The notes under the pieces are model-generated. The model saw only the letters and a list, made by a program, of their open reading frames with translations. It made no database searches and had not been told where the DNA came from. Positions 45,986 to 55,825 of a stretch of 64,000 nt of DNA are shown here, piece by piece. Source of the DNA: an uncultured Candidatus Saccharibacteria bacterium (GTDB lineage: Bacteria > Patescibacteriota > Minisyncoccia > Phycocordibacterales > JAACPR01); contig CAZVRT010000003.1 in the NCBI GenBank assembly GCA_964630375.1, forward strand, positions 41,972-105,971, given 5' to 3'. Numbering within the stretch: position 1 is the stretch's first letter; each line of letters starts with the position of its first letter. The position numbers were made by a program, and so were the translations under genes.

Positions 45986-48142
45986 TTAAAATATCTCTTC
46001 ACCTGCCTTTATCTTATTAATGATCAAATCAGTCTGTTCTTTAGATTGTGGAAATAATTTAGATAGTTCTTCTAAAAGAACTATCGCTCTCTCTGAATCT
46101 CCTAATCTGTAATATGTTACAGCCAGAGAGGCATAAGCTTGAGGATTATTTAGATTAGATCGTAAATTCTTTTCTGCCAACTCAATTACTCTATTTCCTC
46201 TATTTGCTCTAAAGGCTTCTTCTATTAACTCTTCTGATAATTTTACATCTCCAGCTTGTTCGGCAATATAAATATAATTATTCCAAAAATAATCATTATC
46301 AGGATTTATTTCATAAACTTCTTTTGCAATTTTCATAGCCTCATCATTTCTTCCTTGTTTCATATAAGACAATATCAACGGTGTGTACATAAATTGCTTT
46401 TTAGGAGAAATTTCTATTGCTTTCTGAAAATATTCAATAGCCAAATTAAACTCTCCTATGTTCACAAAAAACTGACCTCCTAACAAAAACATTTTTGAAT
46501 CATCAGGATTGTTAAAAAGATAATAATCCAATTCTTGTATTGATAGTTCAATAAAAGCAATCTTTGTTTGATCATCTACGCCTTCAGATCGAACAACTTT
46601 AGCTGCAGTATCAAGGAGCATAGACAAAGCCTCTTGAGCTCCAAAAGTTCTTCTGTTCATTCCCTCTGCAAAGATAGTTCTTGCACCTTCAAAGTCTGAT
46701 TGGAAATTTGCTTTCTTCAAAGCATTAGTAATAGATTTATTTTGAAAATAACTATTTGAATTGATACCCCAAACTGTAAAAGGTATAGCAACAAATATTG
46801 CAATCATAAGTACTTGTGCAATATTTTTTGAGAAATTAGCTTTTCCAAAGATATTAAAGTCTTTAGCAACTCTTGAGTGAACATAAGCAAAAACCAAGAA
46901 CAAAATCATGTAACTAGTTAAGCTGTCGAACACAAAGAATGTATGAATAAAGTATCCTGCAAAAAATGAAGTGATAAATACTTTTTCTATATTTGAAAAT
47001 CCACAAGAAGGTTTCCAAACATAATAAAGAGTTGAAGCAACAATTGCTAGATAGGATAATAACCCAATAAACCCTGCAGCAATTGTCCAATCAAAAAACA
47101 AATTGTGAACTCTATCGAAATATTGTTCTTGGTTCCACATCCTCACATCATAATTTGTATCAAAAATTGTTGAATAATTTCCTTGTCCATAACCAAGTAA
47201 AGGCCTTTCTTTTATTGCATTCCAAGCAATCCCCCAGTTTATAAACCTGGCTTTTACTGTTCCACTATCAAGAGAGATTTCAGAAATTCTTCTCAGTGAA
47301 ACTGTATCTTGCACAAAAGAAGATTCTTTAAATCCAAAAACAACCGAAACAAATAAAATAATTACAGCCAGAAATCCTGAAACGCTCCATCGTAAATATT
47401 TTTTCTTTGGTTCCAGAATTGCATAGACCAAGACCGCCACAAAAGATCCAGCAAATAAAGCGATTATCGAACCTCTTGTTGCTGATAGAAATACTGAGAT
47501 AATCTGCAAAATCAAAGCGATTATATAAAAGTAAGGAAAGAAACTATCTTTCTTGAATTTATTTTCTGCAATATTTTTAATAAACAAAAATAAAGTTACA
47601 AAAAAACTAAACAGCATAAAAGCTGCAAAATAAGTTGCATTACCAAAAGTTCCGTCGATACGATCCGTAGAAAGACCAATTTTTAATTTTCCACTAACTT
47701 GCAACAGCGCATAAAAACCTTGAATAACAGACGCAACAACTAATGTATTTAGAAAATAATTCCAAATTTTTTGAGTATTAAATATGGTACCAACAACAAT
47801 AAAGTATGCGAACAAGTGTAACAAAGTTATATATCCTTCCATTCGCTCATAGTTACTCCAAAAACTATAAGAAGGATTTGTTCCTAAAAGATTTGCAATC
47901 AACACAATCGCCAGAAAAGAAATTAAACTCCACAAAACACAAGATTTTTTTGGACGAGCTTCTTTATCAAAAATAGCAAGCACCAACCACAAGCCAAACA
48001 ACACCTCCACTAAAACTCTAAAAACATACGCTTTCCCAACTATAAATGGAAAATAAAGATCTTTGGCTACAACAAAAGGAACGATCAAAGAAGCAAAAAT
48101 ACCTCCTATTAGTATCCGCCTCAAAATTATTGTGTTTTTCAT
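45986..48142 (-). CDS. O-antigen ligase/polymerase-like (Wzy_C) multi-TM protein with C-terminal TPR repeats
   Basis: At least 10 TM helices; a large loop with the GxxxxGxxxG-like IGLSTDRIDGTFGNATYF; C-terminal TPR-like repeats. Confidence 0.55.
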   Translation of the reverse strand: MKNTIILRRILIGGIFASLIVPFVVAKDLYFPFIVGKAYVFRVLVEVLFGLWLVLAIFDKEARPKKSCVLWSLISFLAIVLIANLLGTNPSYSFWSNYERMEGYITLLHLFAYFIVVGTIFNTQKIWNYFLNTLVVASVIQGFYALLQVSGKLKIGLSTDRIDGTFGNATYFAAFMLFSFFVTLFLFIKNIAENKFKKDSFFPYFYIIALILQIISVFLSATRGSIIALFAGSFVAVLVYAILEPKKKYLRWSVSGFLAVIILFVSVVFGFKESSFVQDTVSLRRISEISLDSGTVKARFINWGIAWNAIKERPLLGYGQGNYSTIFDTNYDVRMWNQEQYFDRVHNLFFDWTIAAGFIGLLSYLAIVASTLYYVWKPSCGFSNIEKVFITSFFAGYFIHTFFVFDSLTSYMILFLVFAYVHSRVAKDFNIFGKANFSKNIAQVLMIAIFVAIPFTVWGINSNSYFQNKSITNALKKANFQSDFEGARTIFAEGMNRRTFGAQEALSMLLDTAAKVVRSEGVDDQTKIAFIELSIQELDYYLFNNPDDSKMFLLGGQFFVNIGEFNLAIEYFQKAIEISPKKQFMYTPLILSYMKQGRNDEAMKIAKEVYEINPDNDYFWNNYIYIAEQAGDVKLSEELIEEAFRANRGNRVIELAEKNLRSNLNNPQAYASLAVTYYRLGDSERAIVLLEELSKLFPQSKEQTDLIINKIKAGEEIF

Positions 48143-48211
48143 ATGGCTGAAACTATATCAAAAAACTAGTCAGAAAAATAGCTTAGTGTAATATGAAAGC
48201 TGTTCAAAACT

Positions 48212-49480
48212 ATGGAAAAAATTAGATCAAAAATCTACAACACCCTCCGAAAAAGCGAGAAATATACTCAAACTGATATGGTTTATTTGGCAAAAGGTGG
48301 TTTTTGGTTGTTTCTATCTCAAATAGTATCTGCAATGTCTTCTTTCATATTAGCAATAATATTTGCTAACTTTTTACCCATTGAAACATATGGTAATTAC
48401 AAGTTTATTCTTTCTGTCTCTGCGGTACTAGCAATTCCAACTTTAACTGGCATAAATACTTCGCTAACAAAAAGCATTGCACAAGGTAAAGATGGCTCTA
48501 CCATTACGGCCTTTAAACAAAAAATTTATTGGGGTTCTCTATCTTCAATAGCATCAATTATTACTTCTTTTTACTTCCTTCAAACACAAAACATTGAATT
48601 TTCTATTTCTTTTTTAATAATTGCAATCTTTTTACCTTTCTTTGATTCATTCACAATTTACCAATCTATACTAAATGGTAAAAAGAAGTTTTACGAACTT
48701 TCAAATTATAATTCAGCAATCACATTAATAAGTCTGCTTTCAATACTTACAACTTTATTCTTTACACAAAGCCTACCAATTGTCGTAGCTTCTTATTTTA
48801 TACCTTATACAATCTTAAGATTTATAGCATTTAAGCAAACCACTAAAAAATACTTAGAAAATAAAGAAATTGACTCAAATACAATAAAGTACGGAAAACA
48901 TTTAACTGTAATTAATATTATGTCTACTCTTTCGACACATGTAGATAAAATTTTTATTTTCAACATGCTGGGACCAGCTCAGGTGGCAATTTATAGTTTT
49001 GCAATTGCTTTCCCAGAACAAATTCGAGGTCTATGTAAAATAGTTTCATCTATCGCTTTTCCAAAATTTTCTGAGTCTAAAATTTCAGATTTAGAAAAAA
49101 GTATTTGGAAAAAATTAAAATTATTTTCTTTATTGCTTTTAATAACAACATTTTTATATATAATTAGCGCAAAATTATTATTCCAACTATTTTTCCCTAT
49201 TTATGCAGAATATGTTATTTACTCCCAATTATTTGCTTTATCAATTATGAGTTTTTCTCAAATCATATTAAACGATATTTTAAATGCTCATGAACAAACA
49301 AGAAAACTGTATATTCTAAATTTAATCAACTCAATTACAAAAATATTATTTATAATAATATTTACTTATTATTTTGGATTAACAGGAACTATCTTCGCTT
49401 GGATAATAAACAGATATTTAATACTTATAATTTCAATAATATTAGTTAGAAGTTTTTTCAAAAATAACAAAGTATCCTAA
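48212..49480 (+). CDS. Wzx-like oligosaccharide flippase (MOP superfamily)
   Basis: 12-TM polysaccharide biosynthesis protein topology. Confidence 0.6.
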   Translation: MEKIRSKIYNTLRKSEKYTQTDMVYLAKGGFWLFLSQIVSAMSSFILAIIFANFLPIETYGNYKFILSVSAVLAIPTLTGINTSLTKSIAQGKDGSTITAFKQKIYWGSLSSIASIITSFYFLQTQNIEFSISFLIIAIFLPFFDSFTIYQSILNGKKKFYELSNYNSAITLISLLSILTTLFFTQSLPIVVASYFIPYTILRFIAFKQTTKKYLENKEIDSNTIKYGKHLTVINIMSTLSTHVDKIFIFNMLGPAQVAIYSFAIAFPEQIRGLCKIVSSIAFPKFSESKISDLEKSIWKKLKLFSLLLLITTFLYIISAKLLFQLFFPIYAEYVIYSQLFALSIMSFSQIILNDILNAHEQTRKLYILNLINSITKILFIIIFTYYFGLTGTIFAWIINRYLILIISIILVRSFFKNNKVS

Positions 49481-50071
49481 AGGAATTGTTTGAGTAAGTT
49501 TTGAATATTTTTTTACAATTTTTAATAAAACCTTATCTAAGTTAATTGAAATTGACTTAAAAAATTCTTTTAGAAAATTTATACGAATAACCCCTCCTGC
49601 TGTTTGAAAGATTAAAGAAAATAGACCGTATCCCAAAGGTTTAATGTAAATCAATTTACAATCATATTTTTCTGATAATTTAAAAAAAGCAGATTTAGTG
49701 TATCTTAAATAATCATCTGGCGAACCATGAATATGGTGTACAAAAGGAGTTGCAATGACAATTTTTCCACCAACTTTAATACATCGTAAAGATTCTCTGA
49801 AAGCATTTTCAAACTCAAATAAGTGCTCCAAGACATTTAAACAAACAACATGATCAAATGAACCATTCTCAAAAGGAAATTTCTTTTCTAAATCAACAAA
49901 AGTATCTGGTTCACAATTTTCATCTAAATTTACCACATGCCAAGAGTTTTGACCTTTTACCTTTTTGTTATATCCAGATTTTTTACTTCCTCCAACATCT
50001 AAAATAGCACCGTTTAATTCAACCTTTGATAATTCATCGTATTCTGCTTCTCTTAAAATTGAATGCCCCAT
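49442..50071 (-). CDS. Class I SAM-dependent methyltransferase
   Basis: Motif I LDVGGSKKSG, plus a LNVLEH post-I region. Confidence 0.65.
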   Translation of the reverse strand: MGHSILREAEYDELSKVELNGAILDVGGSKKSGYNKKVKGQNSWHVVNLDENCEPDTFVDLEKKFPFENGSFDHVVCLNVLEHLFEFENAFRESLRCIKVGGKIVIATPFVHHIHGSPDDYLRYTKSAFFKLSEKYDCKLIYIKPLGYGLFSLIFQTAGGVIRINFLKEFFKSISINLDKVLLKIVKKYSKLTQTIPLGYFVIFEKTSN

Positions 50072-50715
50072 TAATTTTTAGGCTTAGATACAATAACTAA
50101 AGTTTCATAATATTTATCAGTGAATATACTTAAAAACTTATAGATTACATTTAAAAATTTCTTTTTCAGACTTTCTTTAAATTTATAGTCCAAAGTATAC
50201 ATAAAACCAAATTTTTCTACTTCCCAACCACTTTTTTCCAATAAAACATTTAAGGTTTTAATATTGAAATAACAAGTATGATCAGAATTAACAACTGGTT
50301 CTCTATTCATAATTTTTCCAGCTAAAACATACAAGTTGAAAGCATTTGGTGTAGTAATAATTAATCTTCCGTTTTCTTCTAAATGTTTTTTTGAACAATC
50401 TAAAAATAAACCCGGATTAACTAAATGTTCAATTAAATCCCCTGCAAAAATTGCACTGAATTTTTTACTTAAATTAAAGTCATCTGCAGAAGCAATAAAA
50501 TATTTATCATGATCTTCTTTTGGAATTTTTGAAAAATCACATTCCAAATCAATACCATAAATTTCTTCTACTTTATTTTTAATTAATCGATGTGGCCAGT
50601 TTTCATCTTCTATTTTTCTTCCTTGTCCCCAAAAATCAACATCTAAAACAACATCTTTTTCTGAAAAAAGTTTACTAATTAATTCTTTTTTATTATAGAA
50701 GGTTTCTTTTTTCAT
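50071..50715 (-). CDS. Probable class I SAM-dependent methyltransferase
   Basis: VVLDVDFWGQG and GDLIEH-type motifs, flanked by two clear MTases. Confidence 0.45.
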   Translation of the reverse strand: MKKETFYNKKELISKLFSEKDVVLDVDFWGQGRKIEDENWPHRLIKNKVEEIYGIDLECDFSKIPKEDHDKYFIASADDFNLSKKFSAIFAGDLIEHLVNPGLFLDCSKKHLEENGRLIITTPNAFNLYVLAGKIMNREPVVNSDHTCYFNIKTLNVLLEKSGWEVEKFGFMYTLDYKFKESLKKKFLNVIYKFLSIFTDKYYETLVIVSKPKN

Positions 50716-51350
50716 TTATTTTTTACTGCAAACATTAAATCATGTGCAAATAGAAAAGGAAAAATTTTGCTCAGAATTCGATATCTCGGAGGAATATACC
50801 CATGAATTTCAATTATATCAAATTTTTCGCTTAAAAGCTTCTTAAACTCTTTATATGAAAAATGATTAATATGAGTCGGATCTTCAAGCGGAGTTCCTCT
50901 TTTAATTCCTAATAAAAATTTTATTCTCGACTGAAGACTATATGCATGAGGAATTGTTCCGACAAAAATACCATCACTTTTTAAAATTTTTTTAACTTTT
51001 TCAAAAACAACTTTTGGGAAATATATGTGTTCTAAAAACTCACAAGCAACAACAACCTCAAAATGACTACTGTCAAACGGCCACTCGTCATTTAAGTCCA
51101 AATGAACCGTACTAATATTCAATCTTGCTTTTGCTTTATTAAGTGCATTACTATCAATATCTGATCCTGTAACAAAATTACCTTTGTAATACTCTGAAGT
51201 TAATTGTCCATCTCGACAACCAATATCCAAAATTTTCTTTCCGGATCCAATATGTTTTCTTAAAAAATCTCCCCTTTCTTTTAGTAAAATAGCAAAAGAA
51301 TCTCCTCTGCTTTTATGATGTTGATTATAAACCGTTTCTAGACCTTTCAT
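50712..51350 (-). CDS. Class I SAM-dependent methyltransferase
   Basis: Motif I ILDIGCRDGQLT; ACEFLEHI. Confidence 0.7.
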   Translation of the reverse strand: MKGLETVYNQHHKSRGDSFAILLKERGDFLRKHIGSGKKILDIGCRDGQLTSEYYKGNFVTGSDIDSNALNKAKARLNISTVHLDLNDEWPFDSSHFEVVVACEFLEHIYFPKVVFEKVKKILKSDGIFVGTIPHAYSLQSRIKFLLGIKRGTPLEDPTHINHFSYKEFKKLLSEKFDIIEIHGYIPPRYRILSKIFPFLFAHDLMFAVKNK

Positions 51351-51375
51351 AAATTATGAATAAAAATAATAGCAT

Positions 51376-52374
51376 TTATTTTTCTAAAATAAAAATGATT
51401 TTTGATATCAGGTTCTGCATACTATGATTTTTAACAACAAATTCCCTAGCCTGTAAATTTAATTTATTTTGATCTATATTTTTTATAATACTGACTATTT
51501 TGTCTTTATCAAAATTTTCAATAAATTCTATATTTTCAAGCTCTCTAGCAGATTTATTTGTTGTAACTATATGCAAACCACAAGACATTGCTTCCAGAAT
51601 AACTTTGTCCAAACTTCCTGTATCGCTTAAATTGATAAAAATATTAGCTTGATTATATTTTTTGGGCAAATTTTCTTGATTTACAGAACCAGAAAAAATT
51701 ATATTTTCCTTAAGGCTTAAATCTTTTATTTTTATTTTTAATTTTTCGTTATAAGCAAAATCATTTTGATATATAGGGATGCCAACGATATCTAAATAAA
51801 AATCATTTAAATCCTCTAGAATATCAATAATTTTATCTACATTTTTTATCACAGAAATTCTTCCAACTGTTATTAGTCTATTATTTTCTTTTTCAAAAAT
51901 ATTTGGTTTAAATAATTCTGTATCAATACCTTGTCCAACAATTCTTCGTTTTTTCGTTTGTAAATTTAAACCATTCTCAGTGGAAGTAAAAATATAACGA
52001 CAAAATAAGTTGGCTATTTTTAGTGAAAATGAAACTTTACCGTGAGCATACCACAAGGAAATTTTCTTTCTCATTAAAAACCAAGGCAACCAACATAAAA
52101 TGACATAAATTTGATTCATGTGAACAAATACTGCATCATAGTCTTTTCGATACTGCCAAATGTATTTATAGAGCCGGAAAACTCTAACGAGTTTTCCGGC
52201 TCCTTTTTCTTTCCCCAATGAGAGTACTCTCATTGGCAAGCTATGCTTGCCTTCTTCCAAACAAATTACAGTAACCTCATCAGCTTGTTTAGCAAATTCT
52301 TCAATCCATCTTATGAAAAACCCCAGAACTGAATCATCTTTATTAACTTTTTGAGTAATTATTAAAATTTTCAT
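51376..52374 (-). CDS. Glycosyltransferase (GT4-like)
   Basis: C-terminal GT-B-like half with EAMSCGLHIVTT. Confidence 0.55.
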   Translation of the reverse strand: MKILIITQKVNKDDSVLGFFIRWIEEFAKQADEVTVICLEEGKHSLPMRVLSLGKEKGAGKLVRVFRLYKYIWQYRKDYDAVFVHMNQIYVILCWLPWFLMRKKISLWYAHGKVSFSLKIANLFCRYIFTSTENGLNLQTKKRRIVGQGIDTELFKPNIFEKENNRLITVGRISVIKNVDKIIDILEDLNDFYLDIVGIPIYQNDFAYNEKLKIKIKDLSLKENIIFSGSVNQENLPKKYNQANIFINLSDTGSLDKVILEAMSCGLHIVTTNKSARELENIEFIENFDKDKIVSIIKNIDQNKLNLQAREFVVKNHSMQNLISKIIFILEK

Positions 52375-52379
52375 ATTTT

Positions 52380-53486
52380 TTAAATAAAACTTTTTTTCAT
52401 TTGTTCTAAATATTCTTCAAAACTTTTTTTCTTAGTTTCAGAACTTTCAAAACAATTATTTTTAACTTCTGAAAACAAATTTTTATCTTCAATTAATCTC
52501 AATACTTTTTCGTAAAAATCATCTATATTATTTATTTCAGCAATTAAACCTTCTTTTCCATCAAACAAAAATTCTCCTGCACAACCCACATCCGTCATCA
52601 CAACCGGCGTGCCACACACAACAGATTCAACGACAGTCAGTCCCCAACCTTCGTACAAAGATGGCAGTAAAAATAAATCAGCAGTTTTCATGTAAGAAAA
52701 AATATCTTCGCACCAATTTTCAAAAAATATATTTGAAATATTGTTCTCTTTTACATATTTTTTTATTTCTCTTTCTTCCGGACCAGATCCAACAATAACC
52801 AAACAAGAATCAGGATGTTTCTCTAAAATTCTCTCAAACGCCTTTATTCCAATCAAAATCCCTTTTTGTTTAACCAGCCGAGAAGCCATCAACAAAACAT
52901 TTGAATATTTGTATTTGTCTTTCAGATTATTTTTTATTTCAGATCTTTTAATAAAATCAAAGTCAGTAAATACCGGCAAAACATAAACTTTATCCTCCTT
53001 AATCTTCAATTCTGAAATTAAATAATTTTTTATTTTATTAGAAACAACTCTAATGTTATCAGCTCTCTTTAAAATAAACGGACCAACCAAAACTTGCAAA
53101 AATTGTTTCAAAGATTCTTTTTTATAATAAGGACTAAAAAAATCTATATGAACTTGAGATTGAAATTTTGTTTTTAAAAATATTTTGGAAAACAGAGCGA
53201 CAAGACCTGTCTCAAAAGGATCTTGAGAAGAAACGATAAAATCTTTCTGCTTCTTGATTATTTTCTTAACTTTAAAAAATGCGTCTGAAATATAAAATAG
53301 CTTCCCCAAAGAATTAGTAGGATGAACAAAAACATTCTCTGTAATTTTTGTATCAGCACAACCCTTTTTTGTAAAAACAACAAAGTGCAATTCATCAAAA
53401 ATTTTTCCATAACTAGCCAAACGATTCTGTGTTCTACTTCCAGAATTAAAAATTCCTCTGTCTGTTGAGATCATTATTACTTTCAT
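52380..53486 (-). CDS. Glycosyltransferase family 4
   Basis: EGWGLTVVESVVCGTPVVMTDVG (E-x7-E). Confidence 0.8.
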   Translation of the reverse strand: MKVIMISTDRGIFNSGSRTQNRLASYGKIFDELHFVVFTKKGCADTKITENVFVHPTNSLGKLFYISDAFFKVKKIIKKQKDFIVSSQDPFETGLVALFSKIFLKTKFQSQVHIDFFSPYYKKESLKQFLQVLVGPFILKRADNIRVVSNKIKNYLISELKIKEDKVYVLPVFTDFDFIKRSEIKNNLKDKYKYSNVLLMASRLVKQKGILIGIKAFERILEKHPDSCLVIVGSGPEEREIKKYVKENNISNIFFENWCEDIFSYMKTADLFLLPSLYEGWGLTVVESVVCGTPVVMTDVGCAGEFLFDGKEGLIAEINNIDDFYEKVLRLIEDKNLFSEVKNNCFESSETKKKSFEEYLEQMKKSFI

Positions 53487-54598
53487 ACACTTCTTAATTC
53501 CATTACCGTATCAACCACCATTCTTTCTAAAGAAAATTCTTTTACAGAATTTTTTCCATTTTGAATAAATTTATGAACCATCTCTCTGTCATTCAAAATT
53601 TTCCGGATCGCTGATTTAATTTCTTCTTTATCATCGTAATTTACCAGCAAACCATTTTCTCCGTCCTTGATAATTTCAGGATTACCACCAATATTTGTAG
53701 TTACGATTGGTACCCCTAGAGCCAGCACTTCCAAAAGTTGATGAGAAAATCCTTCATAACCAGTATTTAAAACAAACAAATCCCCAGCCGAAATATACTT
53801 AAATAAATTTGTTCTATCCATTGCACCTGTGATTAAAACATTTTTAAATAAATGATTTTTTGAAACTATTTTTTCCAACTTATATTTATCAGGACCAGAA
53901 CCAATAATCACCAATTTCAAATATTTAATTTCTTCTTTCAATTCATCAACAACAGAAATTAAAGTTTCAAAACCTTTCCAAGGAACAAGTCGTCCAACCG
54001 TAATTATTGTTGGCCCCACAAAACCAACTTCGTCGCGCAAACTTTCACGATTATCTGGAATTTCTAAAATACCTTCAAACGCATTAAAAACTACATTTAT
54101 TTTGTTTTCATTTATTCCCCACTGTCCAACAATCTTTTTCAAATATCTAGATGGAACAATAATTTTGTCAGCACTTTCTGCAACTTTCTTTTGAATTTTT
54201 TTCATTCGTATAACACGCGAATGATACTCTCGCATGTCTTTCACAAAATCATCTAACAGATCATCAACGCCAAATCTTTGAACTCCCTGCTCCCAAGCAT
54301 AATCACCAACTATTTTTAAAACAAACTTTTTCTTTAAAATTTTTGCCGCCCACATTGCTGGATATCCCACAGAAACTGGATCTTGAGCATAAATTAAATC
54401 TTTTCCAATTCCGTCAATTAAAAGTTTAATGAAATAAAGAAAATGCCTAATACCAATTGGCAAACTTCTCAAATCATCAAAAGAAGCCACAGCAACCTCA
54501 ATATCATGCTTTGGAAGATTATCGTATAAGAATTTTGAATATGTCGCAGGACCACCTACAGACGGCGGATATATGCCAGTCGCAATTAAAACTTTCAT
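53483..54598 (-). CDS. Glycosyltransferase family 4
   Basis: EGFSHQLLEVLALGVPIVTTNIGG. Confidence 0.8.
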   Translation of the reverse strand: MKVLIATGIYPPSVGGPATYSKFLYDNLPKHDIEVAVASFDDLRSLPIGIRHFLYFIKLLIDGIGKDLIYAQDPVSVGYPAMWAAKILKKKFVLKIVGDYAWEQGVQRFGVDDLLDDFVKDMREYHSRVIRMKKIQKKVAESADKIIVPSRYLKKIVGQWGINENKINVVFNAFEGILEIPDNRESLRDEVGFVGPTIITVGRLVPWKGFETLISVVDELKEEIKYLKLVIIGSGPDKYKLEKIVSKNHLFKNVLITGAMDRTNLFKYISAGDLFVLNTGYEGFSHQLLEVLALGVPIVTTNIGGNPEIIKDGENGLLVNYDDKEEIKSAIRKILNDREMVHKFIQNGKNSVKEFSLERMVVDTVMELRSV

Positions 54599-54613
54599 TA
54601 TCCAAATGATACG

Positions 54614-55807
54614 CTAATTGATGGTTTTAGTTAAGACTTGCTTCATTTGCTCAGTTATATTGTTCCAATCGTACTTTTCAGCCACCATTTGCCTAGCATT
54701 ATCAACGATTTTTTGTCTTAAAATGGTGTCCGACATCAATAATTTAGTTTTTTCTACCACATCATCAATATTGTCTATTCCAACTTCCAGACCATTTTCA
54801 TTATCAAAAAGAAAATCTTTAATTCCTCCAGCCGTTGTGGCAATCACCGGAATTTCTGCTGCCATTGCCTCAACAAAAGAATTTCCAAATCCCTCTGTTC
54901 TTGATGGACGAATAAAAGCATCAGAAGCTCGCAGATAATTTGGCAAATCAGTGTGAGAAATTTGTCCAAGAAAAATAACTCGATCAGAAACATTTAAATC
55001 TTTTGATAAATTCTCCAACTTTTCTTTATCAGGACCAATACCGGCAATAATAAATTTCACATTCTCTGGAAGTTTTGCGAGTGCAGAAATTACAATATCA
55101 TTTGCATTTTTTTGAACCAAACGAGATGCGGTAAAAAGCCAAAAATCATTTTCTTGTTTTTGAAGATTATTTTTTATTTCAGAAACTCGATTTGAATCAA
55201 AAGTAGAAAACTTTTTATAATCCACTCCATTTGGAACAATAGATATTTCTCCAGCGTATCCCATTTGTTTTGCAAAATCCGCAAGATAATTTGAAATAGA
55301 TTGAATATGTTTTGGAATCTTAAAAATTCTTTTGAAAATTGGCATTACGACTTTAATACGTGCACGCCCAGCAATAACCTCAATTGGATCACCGTCTTGC
55401 AAAGTTAAAAGCACAGGAATTTTTGGTTTAAAAAAATTAAATAAAACAATCGGAAAACCTGCATAGGCCATCATTCCCCAAATCAAATCGTATTTATGTT
55501 TTTTATTTAGTTTCAAAGCTTTAATAAAAGCAGAAATTGGAAAAAGAATTTTTGTAAAATACATCGGAAACTTTAAAAGCTCTTCAGGAGTTGGATTTCT
55601 TTTTGAAAAACCAACTCGATGCACATTTACATTTCCAAACTTCTCAAACTTCGGCTGATTCTTATCCAATCTCAAAGTTATCAAATCAAAAATAAAATCT
55701 TTGTTAGAAATTCTGTCTGTGATTTCTTTCAAAGCCACACCATCGCCTCCTACAAATTTCGGATAATAAGTCAGAGCAAAAATTAAAACTCTTTTAGGAT
55801 TATTCAT
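54614..55807 (-). CDS. Glycosyltransferase family 4
   Basis: EGFGNSFVEAMAAEIPVIATTAGG. Confidence 0.8.
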   Translation of the reverse strand: MNNPKRVLIFALTYYPKFVGGDGVALKEITDRISNKDFIFDLITLRLDKNQPKFEKFGNVNVHRVGFSKRNPTPEELLKFPMYFTKILFPISAFIKALKLNKKHKYDLIWGMMAYAGFPIVLFNFFKPKIPVLLTLQDGDPIEVIAGRARIKVVMPIFKRIFKIPKHIQSISNYLADFAKQMGYAGEISIVPNGVDYKKFSTFDSNRVSEIKNNLQKQENDFWLFTASRLVQKNANDIVISALAKLPENVKFIIAGIGPDKEKLENLSKDLNVSDRVIFLGQISHTDLPNYLRASDAFIRPSRTEGFGNSFVEAMAAEIPVIATTAGGIKDFLFDNENGLEVGIDNIDDVVEKTKLLMSDTILRQKIVDNARQMVAEKYDWNNITEQMKQVLTKTIN

Positions 55808-55825
55808 TTAACCTTTTTACATTAT